This document shows positions 38,373 through 51,089 of a DNA stretch of 64,000 nt, in pieces. The DNA comes from Rhina ancylostomus (taxonomy: Eukaryota). Every line of letters starts with the position of its first letter. Positions within the stretch are counted from its first letter, which is position 1. The DNA lies in NCBI GenBank assembly GCA_030265395.1, contig JARFYF010000051.1, positions 23,573,326 through 23,637,325 of the forward strand, written 5' to 3'. A program made the position numbers and the translations under genes. Under the pieces are notes generated by a model. That model had not been told where the DNA came from, ran no database searches, and saw only the letters and a list, made by a program, of their open reading frames with translations.

Positions 38373-38819
38373 ATCTGTGAGGTCATCTGTGTTTCAAAGA
38401 AGTTGCTGTAAGAGGACAAGTTGATATTTTGGTTGTTTGATTGTGAAAGATAAAATCTGCTGCACTGTCAATTTTCATTACACTACACAGACACAGACTC
38501 AACTTAGTTTTGCAATATGATAACCGGTGTTCGAGGTGACTGCCATTGTGGAATGTTGAAGTATAAACCCACATTCCCAAATACCCTACTCCCCAGCCTC
38601 CTAAATTTGTATGGCTGCCACATTTACTGACTCTAACCTGACAGTTAACAAGCTGAAAGACCCAAAGAAAAATAATTATTTCTTGCTGGTACCAACTTTT
38701 CATCATGAAGAAAATTTGAAGTTAACTGATGTTAATATATGCATGAGAAGGATGACTTTTTCTGGGAAATTTCCATATTGGGCACAGAGGCTGATGCAAT
38801 GATTTAAATAGACACTCAC

Positions 38820-38858
38820 TTCTGTTTGCACAGATCTCAGACAATTGGCAATAACCAC
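38820..38858 (-). CDS. Candidate 39-nt symmetric exon
   Basis: Acceptor ttttattcccgccccag and donor gtgagt; open as VVIANCLRSVQTE or GYCQLSEICANR. Confidence 0.3.
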
Positions 38859-39045
38859 CTGGGGCGGGAATAAAACTGCACAAGGCAGATTCGTTACATT
38901 CACTGTGTGTTCTCGGACACAGTGGGTCTTATCTCTTTGCTGTCTTAGATTAAATAGTTGCTCAGAGAAATTAAAAATAGAAGATCCAAGGAGGTCAGGT
39001 ACCTTAGAGACTGAAGGCAACAAAATTTCTCGTGAAAAATTTTAA

Positions 39046-39401
39046 GGGCATCACAGTGGCGCATTCTGCAGAGCTGCAGCCCCACTGTGCCAGAGACTCA
39101 GGTTCAAAACTGACCCTGGGTGCTGTCTTGGTGAAGTTTGCGTGTTCTCCTTGTGACTGTGTGGGTTTACTCCGGGTGCTCGGGTTTCCTCCCAAGTCCC
39201 AAATATGTGCAGGTTGGGAGGTTAGTTGGCCATTGTAAATTGTCCCTGGTGTGTAGGTGAGTGGTAGAGTGTGGGTGGAGTTAATGAGAATGTGGGGTAA
39301 ATAAAAAATGGGGTTTAATTAGAATTGGTGGAAGTTGGTAGTTGACATGAACTGGATGCGCTGAAGTGCCTATTTCCATGCTGTATCTCTTTATGACTCT
39401 A
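39046..39401 (+). mobile_element. HE1/V-SINE, full length
   Basis: GGGCATCACAGTGGCGCA head, GGTTCAAAA B-box, V-domain, CR1-type tail. Confidence 0.92.
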
Positions 39402-39897
39402 AAAATCAGGTAAACTTCCAAGATTCAACAAATTCAATGGCAATGAACAAAACATCCCTTTCGTTGTTTCTGTATCTCCGGTGTTTATTGGCATAAAGTG
39501 CATAATCTAAGAGACTACAAGTTCTGCTCCTGCCAAACTTGGATTGGAACCCGCATAAACATTGAGGAAATCTAATGAATTTTATAACAAGACCTTTCTA
39601 AAAGCCCATGAAAGTAATCCAATTGTTAAAGATCAAGAAGATGTTATACCAGTTTGAAAAGGCATAAAGTCTCAAGGGAATTAATGCCCAAAGAGATTTT
39701 GAAGTCATACATTATTTGACATTTTACAATCCAAGTCTCAATACTTCGAGAAACAGAAATCCAGGTACATAAACAAAAAGAAATAACATTTAAAAGAATT
39801 AATTGATTGGTAGAGTATACCCATTTCAAAAGGTACAAGACTATCCCAAAATAATTAACAGATAAAATAAGTACAGTCCATTCACTGGACCAATTTA

Positions 39898-40275
39898 GGG
39901 CAGTATGGTGGTGCAGTAGTTAGTGTTGCTGTCTGACAGTTCCAGGGACCTGGGTTTGATCCTGACCTCAGGTGCTGACCTTACACAGTTTGCATGCTGT
40001 CTCCATGACTCTGTGGGTTTCTTCCAGATGCTCTGGTTTCCTCCCAAATCCAAAAGGCTTGCTTGTAGGTTAATTGGTTACTGTAAATTATCCATTAATG
40101 TAGGTTAATGGCAAAAAGAATCAAAGGGGAGTTGATGGGCATGTGTGAGAGCAAATAAATTGCAGGGGTGCAGGGAGATAAGGATGAGTATGATTAATGG
40201 GATTGTTTATATGGGAGCAACTTTGATCCAATGGGCTGAATAGCCACCTTCTTGTATTGTTACATGCATAAAATA
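39898..40275 (+). mobile_element. HE1/V-SINE, full length
   Basis: GGGCAGTATGGTGGTGCAGTAGTTAG A-box, GGTTTGATCC B-box, V-domain. Confidence 0.92.
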
Positions 40276-40489
40276 AGACAGTTTGATGTGCTCCTGTAAT
40301 GAGAACTTATAGCACAAAGTATACAAGAAAGATCAATTGAATGCATATTATTTGTAACAAATGCAATAAAAATGGTGATTTTATCATGTTCTCTGCATAA
40401 AATATTAAAAAATAAAAGACAATAAGACCCAGAAGGCAAATAAAATCATTCAATCTGGAATAGAAAACTTACTGCGCACAAAGGGTTAG

Positions 40490-41625
40490 GAGAGCATCAC
40501 AGAAGCAAATGCATTGAATTGAAGAATAGGAAGAGAATAACATCCAGCATTCCACAGAAAGAGGACTGATGGGAAAGTACAATTTTCAGAACTAGAGTCA
40601 AGATAGAAAGGAGGTACTAATATTAAGGTTAAATTCAACATTGAAAGTAAAACTAAATCAAATGGAATCCAGTGAAAAGGGAGCAATTGAGATCATAGCA
40701 AAGAGGAAGAAAGATTTAGTAACAGTTAATCCAATAATAGTTTGTGACACAATAGAAAGGTCAGATCAAAAAGGTATTGATAATTATGAACCTCAAATCA
40801 AAACTTAACATGATATAATTATCAAAGAAAAAAAACTCAGGACAATAAAGGAAATAGGGATTTATGGAAACTCACAAGAAGCAGAACAACCAATGCAAGA
40901 CCCAAAAGATTAAGGTGTTAATCAAGTTGTAGAATTAAAATTTATAACAAAGATTAATAGTTAATTACAAAAATAATAGAAAAAAGAAGCAAAAGCATAA
41001 CATACTAATAAGATTGGTCAACTAAAAATAGATCTGAAAAGTAAGAAGTCAGAGTACTTATAAACTCCTCAAAGAAGAAAATTGGTATGAGAAATAATGG
41101 GTGGGTCAGCACAAATATAATGTCCTTGAATGAAAGAATCAGAAGCCTACTGTAGAAATAAGCTCTCTAAACTTAATAAAGCAAAGCAGCAGAATTGCTT
41201 TGAACTTCAGAACAGCAAACAATACAGAGCTAATGAAACTCAGAAAGTGAGCACAAGTTGAAATTGCCATCAGAATAAAAAGGTAGATCATTAGGCACAG
41301 ATAACATAATCATAGAAGAGCAAACAGAACTTGAGGAAAGTGAATCCACCTCACTGCTCAGACTATCTTCCCAACCATGAAAAAAAAGACTGTTCCAATC
41401 CCAAATTAGAAGGTGCAGAGCCTTTCAAAAACTGACAAATGGAGATCACTGATAAAAGTCCCAAAGTTGCTCCATCTGTTTACCAACTACACCCAGAGGA
41501 AACAAAATTAATATTTCAAAATATTATGAATGGAACCAGAGTAACCAAAAGTTAGCCTGTGGTAATGTTTGGAGATTAGGAAAAGCTTTCCATTTCACAG
41601 TCTGCCAAATGATATCCTAGGGTCG
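40490..41625 (+). mobile_element. Very old RTE-clade LINE relic
   Basis: A-rich; frameshifted motifs MGKY, GRSLGTDNIIIEE, VPIPK, D*EKAF; probable continuation near 42490-42600 and 43935-44100 (NVIRFKDN). Confidence 0.5.
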
Positions 41626-41639
41626 GCAATGCATGAGAA

Positions 41640-42480
41640 TAAAAACTGAAATGCTGGAAGAACTCAGCCAGTCAAGCTGCACCTGTGGAAAGAAAAACTT
41701 GTTAACGTTTTGGGTCAGGGACCCTTCCCTAGAACTGGGAGAAGAGTGGAGGGGTGTCAGTTTTTAAAGCTGAACAGGAGGGAGAAGTGAAGTGTAAGAC
41801 AGAAGACTATATGGAGCTAGGTTAAGACAGATTTGGTGACTGAAGCATGAATACTGACTGTTAGCAGAGCATTGTAAAGAAATAGGGTGTGAAAGGGCCA
41901 AAACTATGATCATGAGAAATGATGACTGAGCAGTTTACTCGAAGTTGGAAAATTCTGTGTTCATTCCACAGGGCTGTGAAGTGGTCAGACGGAAGTTAAC
42001 ATGTTGTTCTTCTGGTTTCTGTTGGGCCTCACTATAGCAGTGGAGGAGGCTACTGACAGACAGATTGGAATAGGAATGGGATTTTGAATTAAAGTGGCAT
42101 GCAATAGGAAGCTCAGGATCACCCCGTGACCTAAGCGCAGGTGTTTTGCAAAGCGATCAACCAGTCTGTGTTTGGTTCCTCCACTGTAGAGGGGAACACA
42201 GTGTGAACACTGTCTGCAGTACAGTGAAGTTAGAAAAAGTGCAAGCGAATTACTGCTTCACCTGCAATTATTGTTTGTGTCCCTGGATGATGGGAAGGGA
42301 AGAGGTAAATGGACAAGTGTTGCATCTCCTCCGGCTGCAGTGGGAAGTTATTGTGGGACAGAGAATGTTGGGTGGGGATGGAAGAGTGGACTCGGGAATC
42401 ACAAAGTGAATGGTCCCTGTCAAATGCAGAAAGGGGAGATGTGATTGGTGGTGGGCTCCTGCTAGGGATGGCAGATGGGA
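41640..42480 (-). mobile_element. Penelope 3' part (linker, GIY-YIG, terminus)
   Basis: CSRRRCNTCPFTSSLPIIQGHKQ linker; CGCTTTGCAAAACACCTGCGC (RFAxHLR); PLE end at 41640-41735. Confidence 0.9.
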
Positions 42481-42619
42481 CTGGATAAGCAATTCATTAA
42501 TCTAATTGAACATATTTATACAGATACCACAATGATAACTTAAGGACTGGGAAAAATGTGATAAAAATTACAGTCTACATTTTCTTGTATTTTTCAGCAT
42601 AATTGTAAATTGTCTTTCT

Positions 42620-43000
42620 GCAGCAGTGGCCTAGGTGTTACTTGGAATGAAGCAACTTTCCATGCCAGGAATGCTGTTCAGCTACAGTGACCCTGGTTCA
42701 ATTTTAACCTTGGGCACTGTTTGTGAGGAGATTGAATTTTCTCCCTTTGACCGTGTGTTTTTCCCTCAAGTTCTCCAGTTTCTTCCCACATCCTGAAGAG
42801 GTGCTGATAGACTAGTTGCCAACTGAAAGTTACTCCAGTAGTGGATGTGTGACAGGAACATCAGAGGGGAGTTGATGTGTATGTGAATGAGATTACATTA
42901 CTGAGAAATAAGTGGAGGAATGGAACTAATGGGAATGTTCATGGATCTGGCATCGATGATGTGCTGAATGCTCTCCTTCTATGATCTTCTATGATGTTCA
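42620..43000 (+). mobile_element. HE1/V-SINE, diverged
   Basis: CCTGGTTCAATT B-box; CTGTTTGTGAGGAG...CAGTTTCTTCCCACATCCTGAAG. Confidence 0.8.
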
Positions 43001-43074
43001 AAAGGGAATATATATATATATATCATACAAATGATATAAAAATGTATGACCATGAAAAAAATGAAGACAAGATG

Positions 43075-43910
43075 ATGAAAGAATGTTGATGCATTTCTAA
43101 ATCACCTGTGACTTGGTGAGGAACCTGTATGTGGTGGTGTTCCCACGTGCCTGAAGTCTTTGTCCTTCTTGATAATAGAGGTCCAGAGTTTAAGTAACCC
43201 AGCTGAGTGAGACTGGAACTGCCGTACACCAGTGCCAGGAGAGAGTGAATATTTAGAGCAGTGATTAGGGTGGCAATTAAGCACACTGTTAGGTGTTGAG
43301 CATCTTGAGTGTTATTGGAACTTTACTCATCCAAACAAGTGAGCAGTATTTCATTGCTTTCCTGACTTTTGCCCTGTAGATGGTGAGAAGGATTTGGTTC
43401 ATCAAGAAGTGAGTTACCCAAAGGCTATGATGGAGGACCCAGTTACATTGGCTTTAATTGGTTTCTGAGAGCATGACTAAGTCAGATTGTCACTGACCAG
43501 TCTGTTTAATTGTTTTCCTAATATAGATATCAGTCTCCAAATGTTCATGATGAGGACTTATCAGGGCCAACATGGTCCGGGAGCAATTTTGCCATGTCCA
43601 GTGCCAGGTAGCCCATCCAGTTTCTTTTTGGTTTGATTCTATTTGATCCTAGCCTTTTTCAGATGACAGAGGACATTGTTCTGTGTCTAGAATCACATTT
43701 AGACCAGGCAAGGTAGGTGCAACAGATTTCCTTCACTAAAGGGCATTCATGAAGCAGATAGAATTTTAAATTAACGTGGTGGATTCATGTGCAGCATTTT
43801 TTAAAACTCAGTATCATTTAATTCTCTGAATTTAGATTCTCCAGCAATTGTGATGGGAACTGGATTTTGACTCTGGATTACTAGTCCACTAATTGAACCA
43901 ATATGCCATG
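43075..43910 (-). mobile_element. Internally deleted family B LINE: tRNA head, 5' UTR and endonuclease start joined to the ORF C-terminus
   Basis: TGGACTAGTAATCCA arm (43888-43874); GAAGGAAATCTG; AACATTTGGAGACTG (NIWxL); jump near 43420 to CTCACCATCTACAGGGCAAAAGTCAGG (TIYxAxVR). Confidence 0.8.
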
Positions 43911-44379
43911 GTTCACAAATGTTGTTGTCGTTGATTGTTGGAGTCAATGTGATTAGATTCAAAGATAACAAGCCCCTGGAGAAGAACAGGTTCAAAAACA
44001 AGATCAATATGATCATCTCAAAAAGAGAGTCCAAAGCAGTTTCCAAGGTGGTTCTGATATTAAATTCTTTGATTTTGTACACTTAACAAGAAATCTATGG
44101 GTCAAACAAAGTAACACCCTCAACATTGAATGATACGAAGTGATCACACCCCAAATTTCAAAATTAACTCTGTTATCAAGACTAGAAAGACTTATAAATC
44201 CTTATGATGCTTAATTCTATCCAGAGTACAACATCAGTTCTCAAATAAAGCTTTTGGTATCCCAGATTCAAAAGGTAAATAATGATTCTACCATACATCT
44301 AATTAAGTACTATATTTAAAGACAAATACTAATTTCTTATGAGTTTGAAATAATTCAAGTTAAATAAATACATTGCAAA

Positions 44380-44680
44380 TAAAATAGAGAATGTTAGAAC
44401 TACTCAATAGGTCAGGCAGCATCTGTGAAGAGGGAAATGGATAATGATTTAGGTCAATGACCTTTGATCAGAACTGTGAAATCTTAGAGATAAGCACATT
44501 TGAAAATGCAAAGAAAGGTGAAAAGAGGAAACCCAGAAGGGTTGTGTTAAGAAGGAAGACAGGAGAGGTTGGACAGCAGTGCAAGGTGAATGAAAATGAT
44601 AATGGAATATGTAAAGGTCAATCCAGAGCTGGAAAAATATTACCTGAAATTTCATAGGAAATTATTATGAATTCTGGAAA
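44380..44680 (-). mobile_element. Penelope terminal fragment
   Basis: TACTCAATAGGTCAGGCAGCATCTGTGAAGAG...AGGTCAATGACCTTTGATCAGAAC. Confidence 0.8.
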
Positions 44681-46019
44681 TCTGACATGATAATGGAAAT
44701 GTTACATTCAAGATTCACCACACAATATATTGATGTGGCTTTATCTCCACTTGTAGGTGAACTCCATTGGATCATGAAAGTTCAAGGCCCCAAAATACAA
44801 CAGGTTCCAAAATCACAGAAAAAACATTTTCCCCTTTTGTGTGCAAAATGTTACTTCACTCTTGAGCCAAACAACTGCAAACATCTCCTGCCTAAACTAA
44901 AATTACCAAGATATTACTGAATGACAGGCCAGGCTTAAAGGGCCATCTGCCTGTGCCTGCTCCAGCTTCTTATGTTCTTGTTTAAATAGCTGTACAGTTA
45001 GAAAATAAATACATAAAGTATTATTTATATTACAAGTGTCTTTATGTCTTCCTTTGGGGTTAGTATCTCATTTCAAGGATTGTCATTGGTTAGTAGAAAT
45101 TTATCAATGAAGGAGAATCCTCCAAGTGATGAAAGATGGAGATTCCATTCTACTGAGCAGATGAGTACTAATACATCATAGGAAATTAGAATGACATCCA
45201 AACGACTTTAGTGTTGTGTCAAAGTGCTGCTTGGATGATACTCTAAATATTTTTCTATGAATTTATTCCATCATTACCATTGATGTTAATAGACCCAAAA
45301 TAACCAACATTTCACTGCAATGTTAACTAGCTCAAAATCTCTCTGTAGATAATTTACTAGGTATTTTTATTCATCTAATTTGGAAGACTTTAATATTTCG
45401 CACACCTGCCACTATGGTTCATTAAAATTCTGGTTAAAATAACTGGTTGTCATGAGTTTAGACATTTCAAATATCTGCTGTTGAGTACAGTTGAAATGTT
45501 AATATCAATACTAATTTATTTATGATTCACTCAAATGAGAATATTTGTTGTGTTGGCAGATATAATAACCTAGTAAAGTCAATTATAAGCCAAACAAAGT
45601 GCAACCATTACAGTCTTTGCAAAGTATGATTTTCTTCAGAATCATGGAGGTAAATGCCAAGGTCTACACTAATACACAGCTCATACCTTCAACTGGAGTA
45701 GAAATAATGGCCAATTTTGGAATAATTATCAGCTAAGTTACCATCCTGTAGGTGACCTCATGTGTAAATCATAACAATAACCATGGCCCGCCACTGGAAG
45801 TTACTACATTACACTTGGTACACCAGTATCCAAAAGCATGGCTGGAAAGGTATGAAATACGTACTTTAAGATGCTGGATATATATGAAAAGTGTTGAAGC
45901 AATGTGGATTTGCATAACTCATTACAATCAAGTTTGGAAACAAAACTTTAATTGGTGATAAATGGCAGCAACGAACAATGAAAAGGAGTAGAAGGAATCA
46001 ATTCAGACCATACACCATT

Positions 46020-46090
46020 TGCATCTTGACCTCCTGAGTTCTTCAAGCATACTGTTTTTGTTCTAGATTCCATCATCTGAAGTACCTTAT
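46020..46090 (+). mobile_element. Penelope terminal fragment
   Basis: TGACCTCCTGAGTTCTTCAAGCATACTGTTTTTGTTCTAGATTCCATCATCTG. Confidence 0.65.
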
Positions 46091-46289
46091 CATCTTCTGT
46101 CCATATAATAACCATCTTACACTATCCCTGACAGTAACATATCAATTGGTTATGAAAGGTTTCCCTTTTCTACACTAATCGGAACAAGGCCTGACATGTA
46201 CCATCTTAATAATACATTTTCTCTGCCCTTGACATACTCTGGCTGCAAAGTCTATATTCTGCCAGGAACAACTCATGAAATCTCCATTG

Positions 46290-46535
46290 GCAACACTTTC
46301 ATGGCCAACAAACTCAAGTGACTTGAAAGACAAAGGCACCTGGTGAGTGGGAACACTAGAACTAACAAGTTCCCTTTCAAGTCACTTGGTATCCCAGCTT
46401 TGAAATATGCCATTGCCCCATCATCACTGCATCATAATCCTAGAACTTTCTACCTATGCATCATGAAAGGACCAGTGGTACACAAACTGCTCAGACACAA
46501 CAGATGCCAGCCTTGCTCACATTCCATGAATGGAT
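46290..46535 (+). mobile_element. Family B LINE 3' end
   Basis: GGGAACACTAGAACTAACAAGTTCCCTTTCAAGTCAC...TTTGAAATATGCCATTG...GATGCCAGCCTTGC. Confidence 0.65.
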
Positions 46536-48243
46536 AAAAGAGGACAGTTTATTAGTTCATTACCAAGTGGATCATAAACATTGCAAAGATTTCTTAGCAC
46601 TCATTAGTCAATGGTTATCACCCTTCAAGCTAATGCAACAAAACTATTCTACTCCTTCCTTGATTATACCACATGCTTTTTTTAATGAGTTGCCTATTAT
46701 TCTAATAATGAAAGAAAATATGTTGTTCACATAAAATTAAAAACTTGAGGAAAAATAGATTAAGAATAAAGCTGCAGCATCCAAACGTGACCCATATGGT
46801 TTAAATACCAAATGATCATAACAAAGTAATTGAATTGTTCCTACTCCTGATACACTTAAAGTTTCTCAGTGTTATATAATGGAGTGGGTTAAAAAAAACT
46901 TTACCTTTAATGGACACCAGGTGTATTTTGTTTATATGAATGCACAAGTTTACTCTTCTGAGTTTGAATTACCTGATAATTCAAATAAGAAACATGCCAA
47001 AAAATAGTTGAGCTAATTGAACTAGCCAGATACAGTAATGCAAATTGTTCAAAGAATAAAACCTCCCAACTAACTGAAAAGGAACCCATATTTTAATTTA
47101 AAAATAGTGTTCCATTTCTAATTATTTTAGATAAAGGGTAAAGCAGAGTTTAAATGTTTTCTTTAATTCTCTAAGTCTTTTGTCAATAATGCTGATGTTG
47201 ATAGTTTAAGTGTACTTCCTGCTTCAATTAAAATATCATGGAAAAATATAATGCAAATGCTTGAAGTACTAATGTGGGAAATGGTCTGCTTAGAGGTAGA
47301 TCTGGATTAGAAAATCAGGATATCATCCGGCCACTGCATTTGAAAGACAGGATTTTACAAGCAGAAGAATGTTAACATGTTAACAGCTCTTCACGGGCTT
47401 AAAGACACTGTGTGATATTCTGGGAAAGGCAGTGGGTGGTGGGAAGGCAGTGGGAAGAACTGAATAACTATCTTTCTATCCTTCAAAGAGAAGGCAGTGT
47501 TTTGGAAATGGAGTCCATAATGATCAGTTACGGAAACAAACTGAAACCTGAATCAATCATCCATTACAGTTGGCAAGAACAAAAGAAAAGAGAATGTGGA
47601 GTTAGCACTAATGAACGGGGTGAATAGCTATTATTACACTGAACTGTGAGGAAATATAAAAGGTTTCCTGTACAGGAGAAATGGCATAGGACAAATTACC
47701 GATGCTAACGCCTGCAATCCTCAACTATTTAAAGATATACTGGGGGTTGAAGTTCATTCTACCACTAGCAGCAAACTTACAATATAGCCATGGCTGGGTA
47801 TGGTACTGTTTTCAAACCTTGGGTTAACAAAATTCAGTAATTATAAAATTACTTAATTTTTAATTGTCTTGTACCATTGTGGTTTGTGTTTTATTTCTAA
47901 ATAAAAAATGATGAAATCAAACAGTGAAAATTCTGATCCCCATCAACAACTTTGTTTAAACCTCCCAACTGTTTCACAATAAGAGGAATAAAAAAAGAGC
48001 TGCAATCAACACTTCTTCCACGCTATTATTTTTTCTGAAGGAGAAAGGCTCATTTTTTCAATGTAGATTGCAGAGATGCCCCTAATGAGTGTCAATTCAT
48101 CTCAAGTATAAACCACTAACTCCCATGAATAGAAACTACTTGTTTTAATCTATATGCAGACAATTACATCAGTATTCACTACAATTGACATTTTATTCCT
48201 ATTGTTTTAATTTCCAAATATTATAGTTATATCTGTACAATAT

Positions 48244-48281
48244 AATGTATTCAGCAAATATACCATATTGCTGAATACATT
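48244..48281. repeat. Perfect inverted repeat, 14-bp arms with 10-nt spacer
   Basis: AATGTATTCAGCAA-ATATACCATA-TTGCTGAATACATT. Confidence 0.95.
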
Positions 48282-49175
48282 TTTTACCGAGTGCCTTCAT
48301 TTTTCTGGTACTGGAAAACAAAGGCCAGGACTAGCATTAGATTTGTTAAGGAAAGCAACAAGAGGCATTTCTTCAACAGACCAACATGTATGCCCTTTGT
48401 GAAATAAATGCATGACGTGGCTATACAGTTTGCTACTAATTAGCTCAGCCCTTCAATATCTGTATCATAAGGCTAGGTATTGACTTTAAAACTTCTACTT
48501 TTCAGATTTACTCATTGACTACGTTGTTTAGAATAATATATTCTATCTACTACTTCAGGATTTTTTGCTGAAATCACCATCTAATATGAATTCTTATGAG
48601 GGTCGGCCCTATTTTTGGTAATAGGGTACCTCAGCGAATAGCTCCAGTTTATTTTGTGATTTTGCAACAAATCCCTCTTTGTTTGATCATCATTTGCAAA
48701 GTTCCAAAGTGTACAGAGAATGCTGCTTGTATCAACCTGTGTAAAAAGAACCTATTAACTTTGCCTAGGATGAAACCAGAAAATCTACAACAATACATAC
48801 ATTGTTGGAACATAATTCAAAGCCAGTTTATGGCTAATTTGCAGAGAATCTTTTCTTCATTAAAGTTAATTACAGAGTAACATAATCCTTGAGGGCAGGT
48901 GATGCACGTAATGATTACTTAATACATGAATAGTGGCAGAGGGCTTAACCTGTCGCTCACTTCCAGATGAACAGCAAGGAGGTTCCCTTATAACTAGCTG
49001 TGTGATGTACTGTCCACCTGCACTGCTGTCCTCCAGAAAGCATACATGTTTTGAAGTACATTAAATATATTTTCTTACAAATTCAGAATCAGGAAGCCAT
49101 ATTTTTGTTATTAAATTGTCATTTTCCAGAAGATATGAGGATTACTACTGTGAATAATTTGTAATTGTTTAGTTT

Positions 49176-49692
49176 TCAGCTGTGTATCACTTGTAGCATC
49201 CAAATCAGAGGTTAGTCCATACTCCAGTGATTTGAACACAAAAATAAATCTAGACTGGCATTCCAGTGCAGTACTGAAAGAGCCCTGTACTGTCTGAGGT
49301 GCCATTAAGCAAGATTCTGCTTTATCTCAGGTGGCTATAAAAGATGCCATTCCACTTTTCAAAGAAGAGAAGTGTGCTATCCTGTCTGCCCGAGCCAAAG
49401 GTTATCCTTCAATCAACATCACCACAAATTATCTGGTCATCATCACATTACATTTGTGATCTATTTTCTAGGATCTGGAGTGGTCCTTCTCGTCATGGGG
49501 TGAGAAATCAGAGGCTTGGAGATACCTCATTACACAGTTGCCTTTTGCTGTTACAGGTTGCTTTGATCTTACAAGATAAGAGAGGGCAAATCAGCTGTCA
49601 CTATTTCACATGACGCAAAGTATTTCATTAGAATGAGCTACCTGGGATATACTGAAAGGGACCTGAAAGATGCTGTAGAAGAGCAACAATTG
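49176..49692 (+). mobile_element. DeuSINE (SacSINE1-like), full length with an internal insert of about 100 bp
   Basis: CCAGTGCAGTACTGAAAGAG..CTGTCTGAGGTGCC..CTCAGGTGG..TAAAAGAT..AAGAAGAG..ATTATCTGGTCAT Deu-domain blocks. Confidence 0.85.
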
Positions 49693-50499
49693 TTTCTTTT
49701 CACCCAAAGTGGGGGATGTGAAATGTAGGAATTGGATTCACATCCTCTACTGTCTAGGCCCTGCCAATTCCTGATGCCTGATTCTTGGAAGTTTGATGCT
49801 GTGTACCCACATTTAGGAGAAACACCACCTTACAGTTACTATAGAGATTTATGATGAAAGAATAAGAGCCATTACCTTCCCCCTGCTTTAAATTCTTTTT
49901 GTTTTGTATACTTCATCAGTAATACCAATAGTGTAACTTTCACCTCAACTACTTTGCTAAATTTTTACCAGACAATCTATTATTAACGCCCAATTAATCT
50001 CAACATCTGAAACTCAAATCTGAAATTGAGAAGGTATTAGACAATCCCATTGCTTATCTGTGTTTGCATTGTTCTATTCATCGCCACAAATGCCCAGTTT
50101 TAATAATTATTCTTAAAGATTCTGCTGGGATGTTATCTCATTTGGTGACCTTCAAAGATTTTAAGAATAAAACATTCTTCGTCCCCTGAAAATGCATTAT
50201 GTCAGGAACAAAATGACCCACTTTAAGTACATTTACATGAAAGCCCTGCTTTGCTATATGGAGATGGAGAAAAATGGGTTAGATTACAGTTTCCTATTGC
50301 AATACCCTGATTTTCAGAAATTCATCTTTCTACATTCTTTTGGGTAGATCATTGCATCTAAACAGCCCACTAAGGACTTTGTAGTGCCAGACTAGCAGAT
50401 TTTCTGTAATATTAGATATTACCCCTATTAATAACGAAACACACATACATTGCATTTTTTTTTACATGTTGAACAGTGGTGTAATAAATTTTCCAGTTA

Positions 50500-50762
50500 A
50501 CCTGGTGAGTTTAAAAGGAGCAGGAAATATCCAAGCATTCTGGACCCAGAGTGGAAATCTACCGCTGTTCCTGACCCTTGATGTTCCAGACCCCAGCCCT
50601 GACTCCAGCCCCATACCCAACCCACAGAATGATCCCGGTCCAGGCTGCACATTCTGCATGGATGCTGGGCCTCTGGCTTACATTCCATACGAATGAGTGA
50701 CCCAGATGTTGAACCATCAGAATTTATGACCAGTCGGATGCTGGATCATTAGAGTTTTACTG
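50500..50762. mobile_element. Possible TcMar-Tigger-like MITE remnant
   Basis: Right end GATGCTGGATCATTAGAGTTTTACTG resembles a CAGTAAAAC-type TIR; left TIR not found. Confidence 0.35.
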
Positions 50763-51089
50763 ACTATAAAAACAGTAAGTGAATATACAGGGTTACTGAT
50801 GAACTGACTTATGGAAATCCAACTTTACACAAATCATCCCATACACTTTTAAAGCAATTTTCAAGATAGCAATAATAATAAAATGTTTCATGGTGTTCAC
50901 TAATGATTGGATACAGTATATAATCCATTACTTTAATGATGGGTTGAGTTCGAGTGAAAATTTGATGAAATAAATGAATTATAGCAAGTGTATGCAAAGC
51001 GTTATGATATGCATAGCTATAGAAAACGAACATTTCTGACTAACGGAGAAATCAGCCTACAGACAGTTCTTATTAATGGAACTTTACAT

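Noticed and set aside
39046-39115. tRNA genes at SINE and LINE heads
   Set aside because: A and B boxes are present but the cloverleaf is degenerate and continues into repeat bodies
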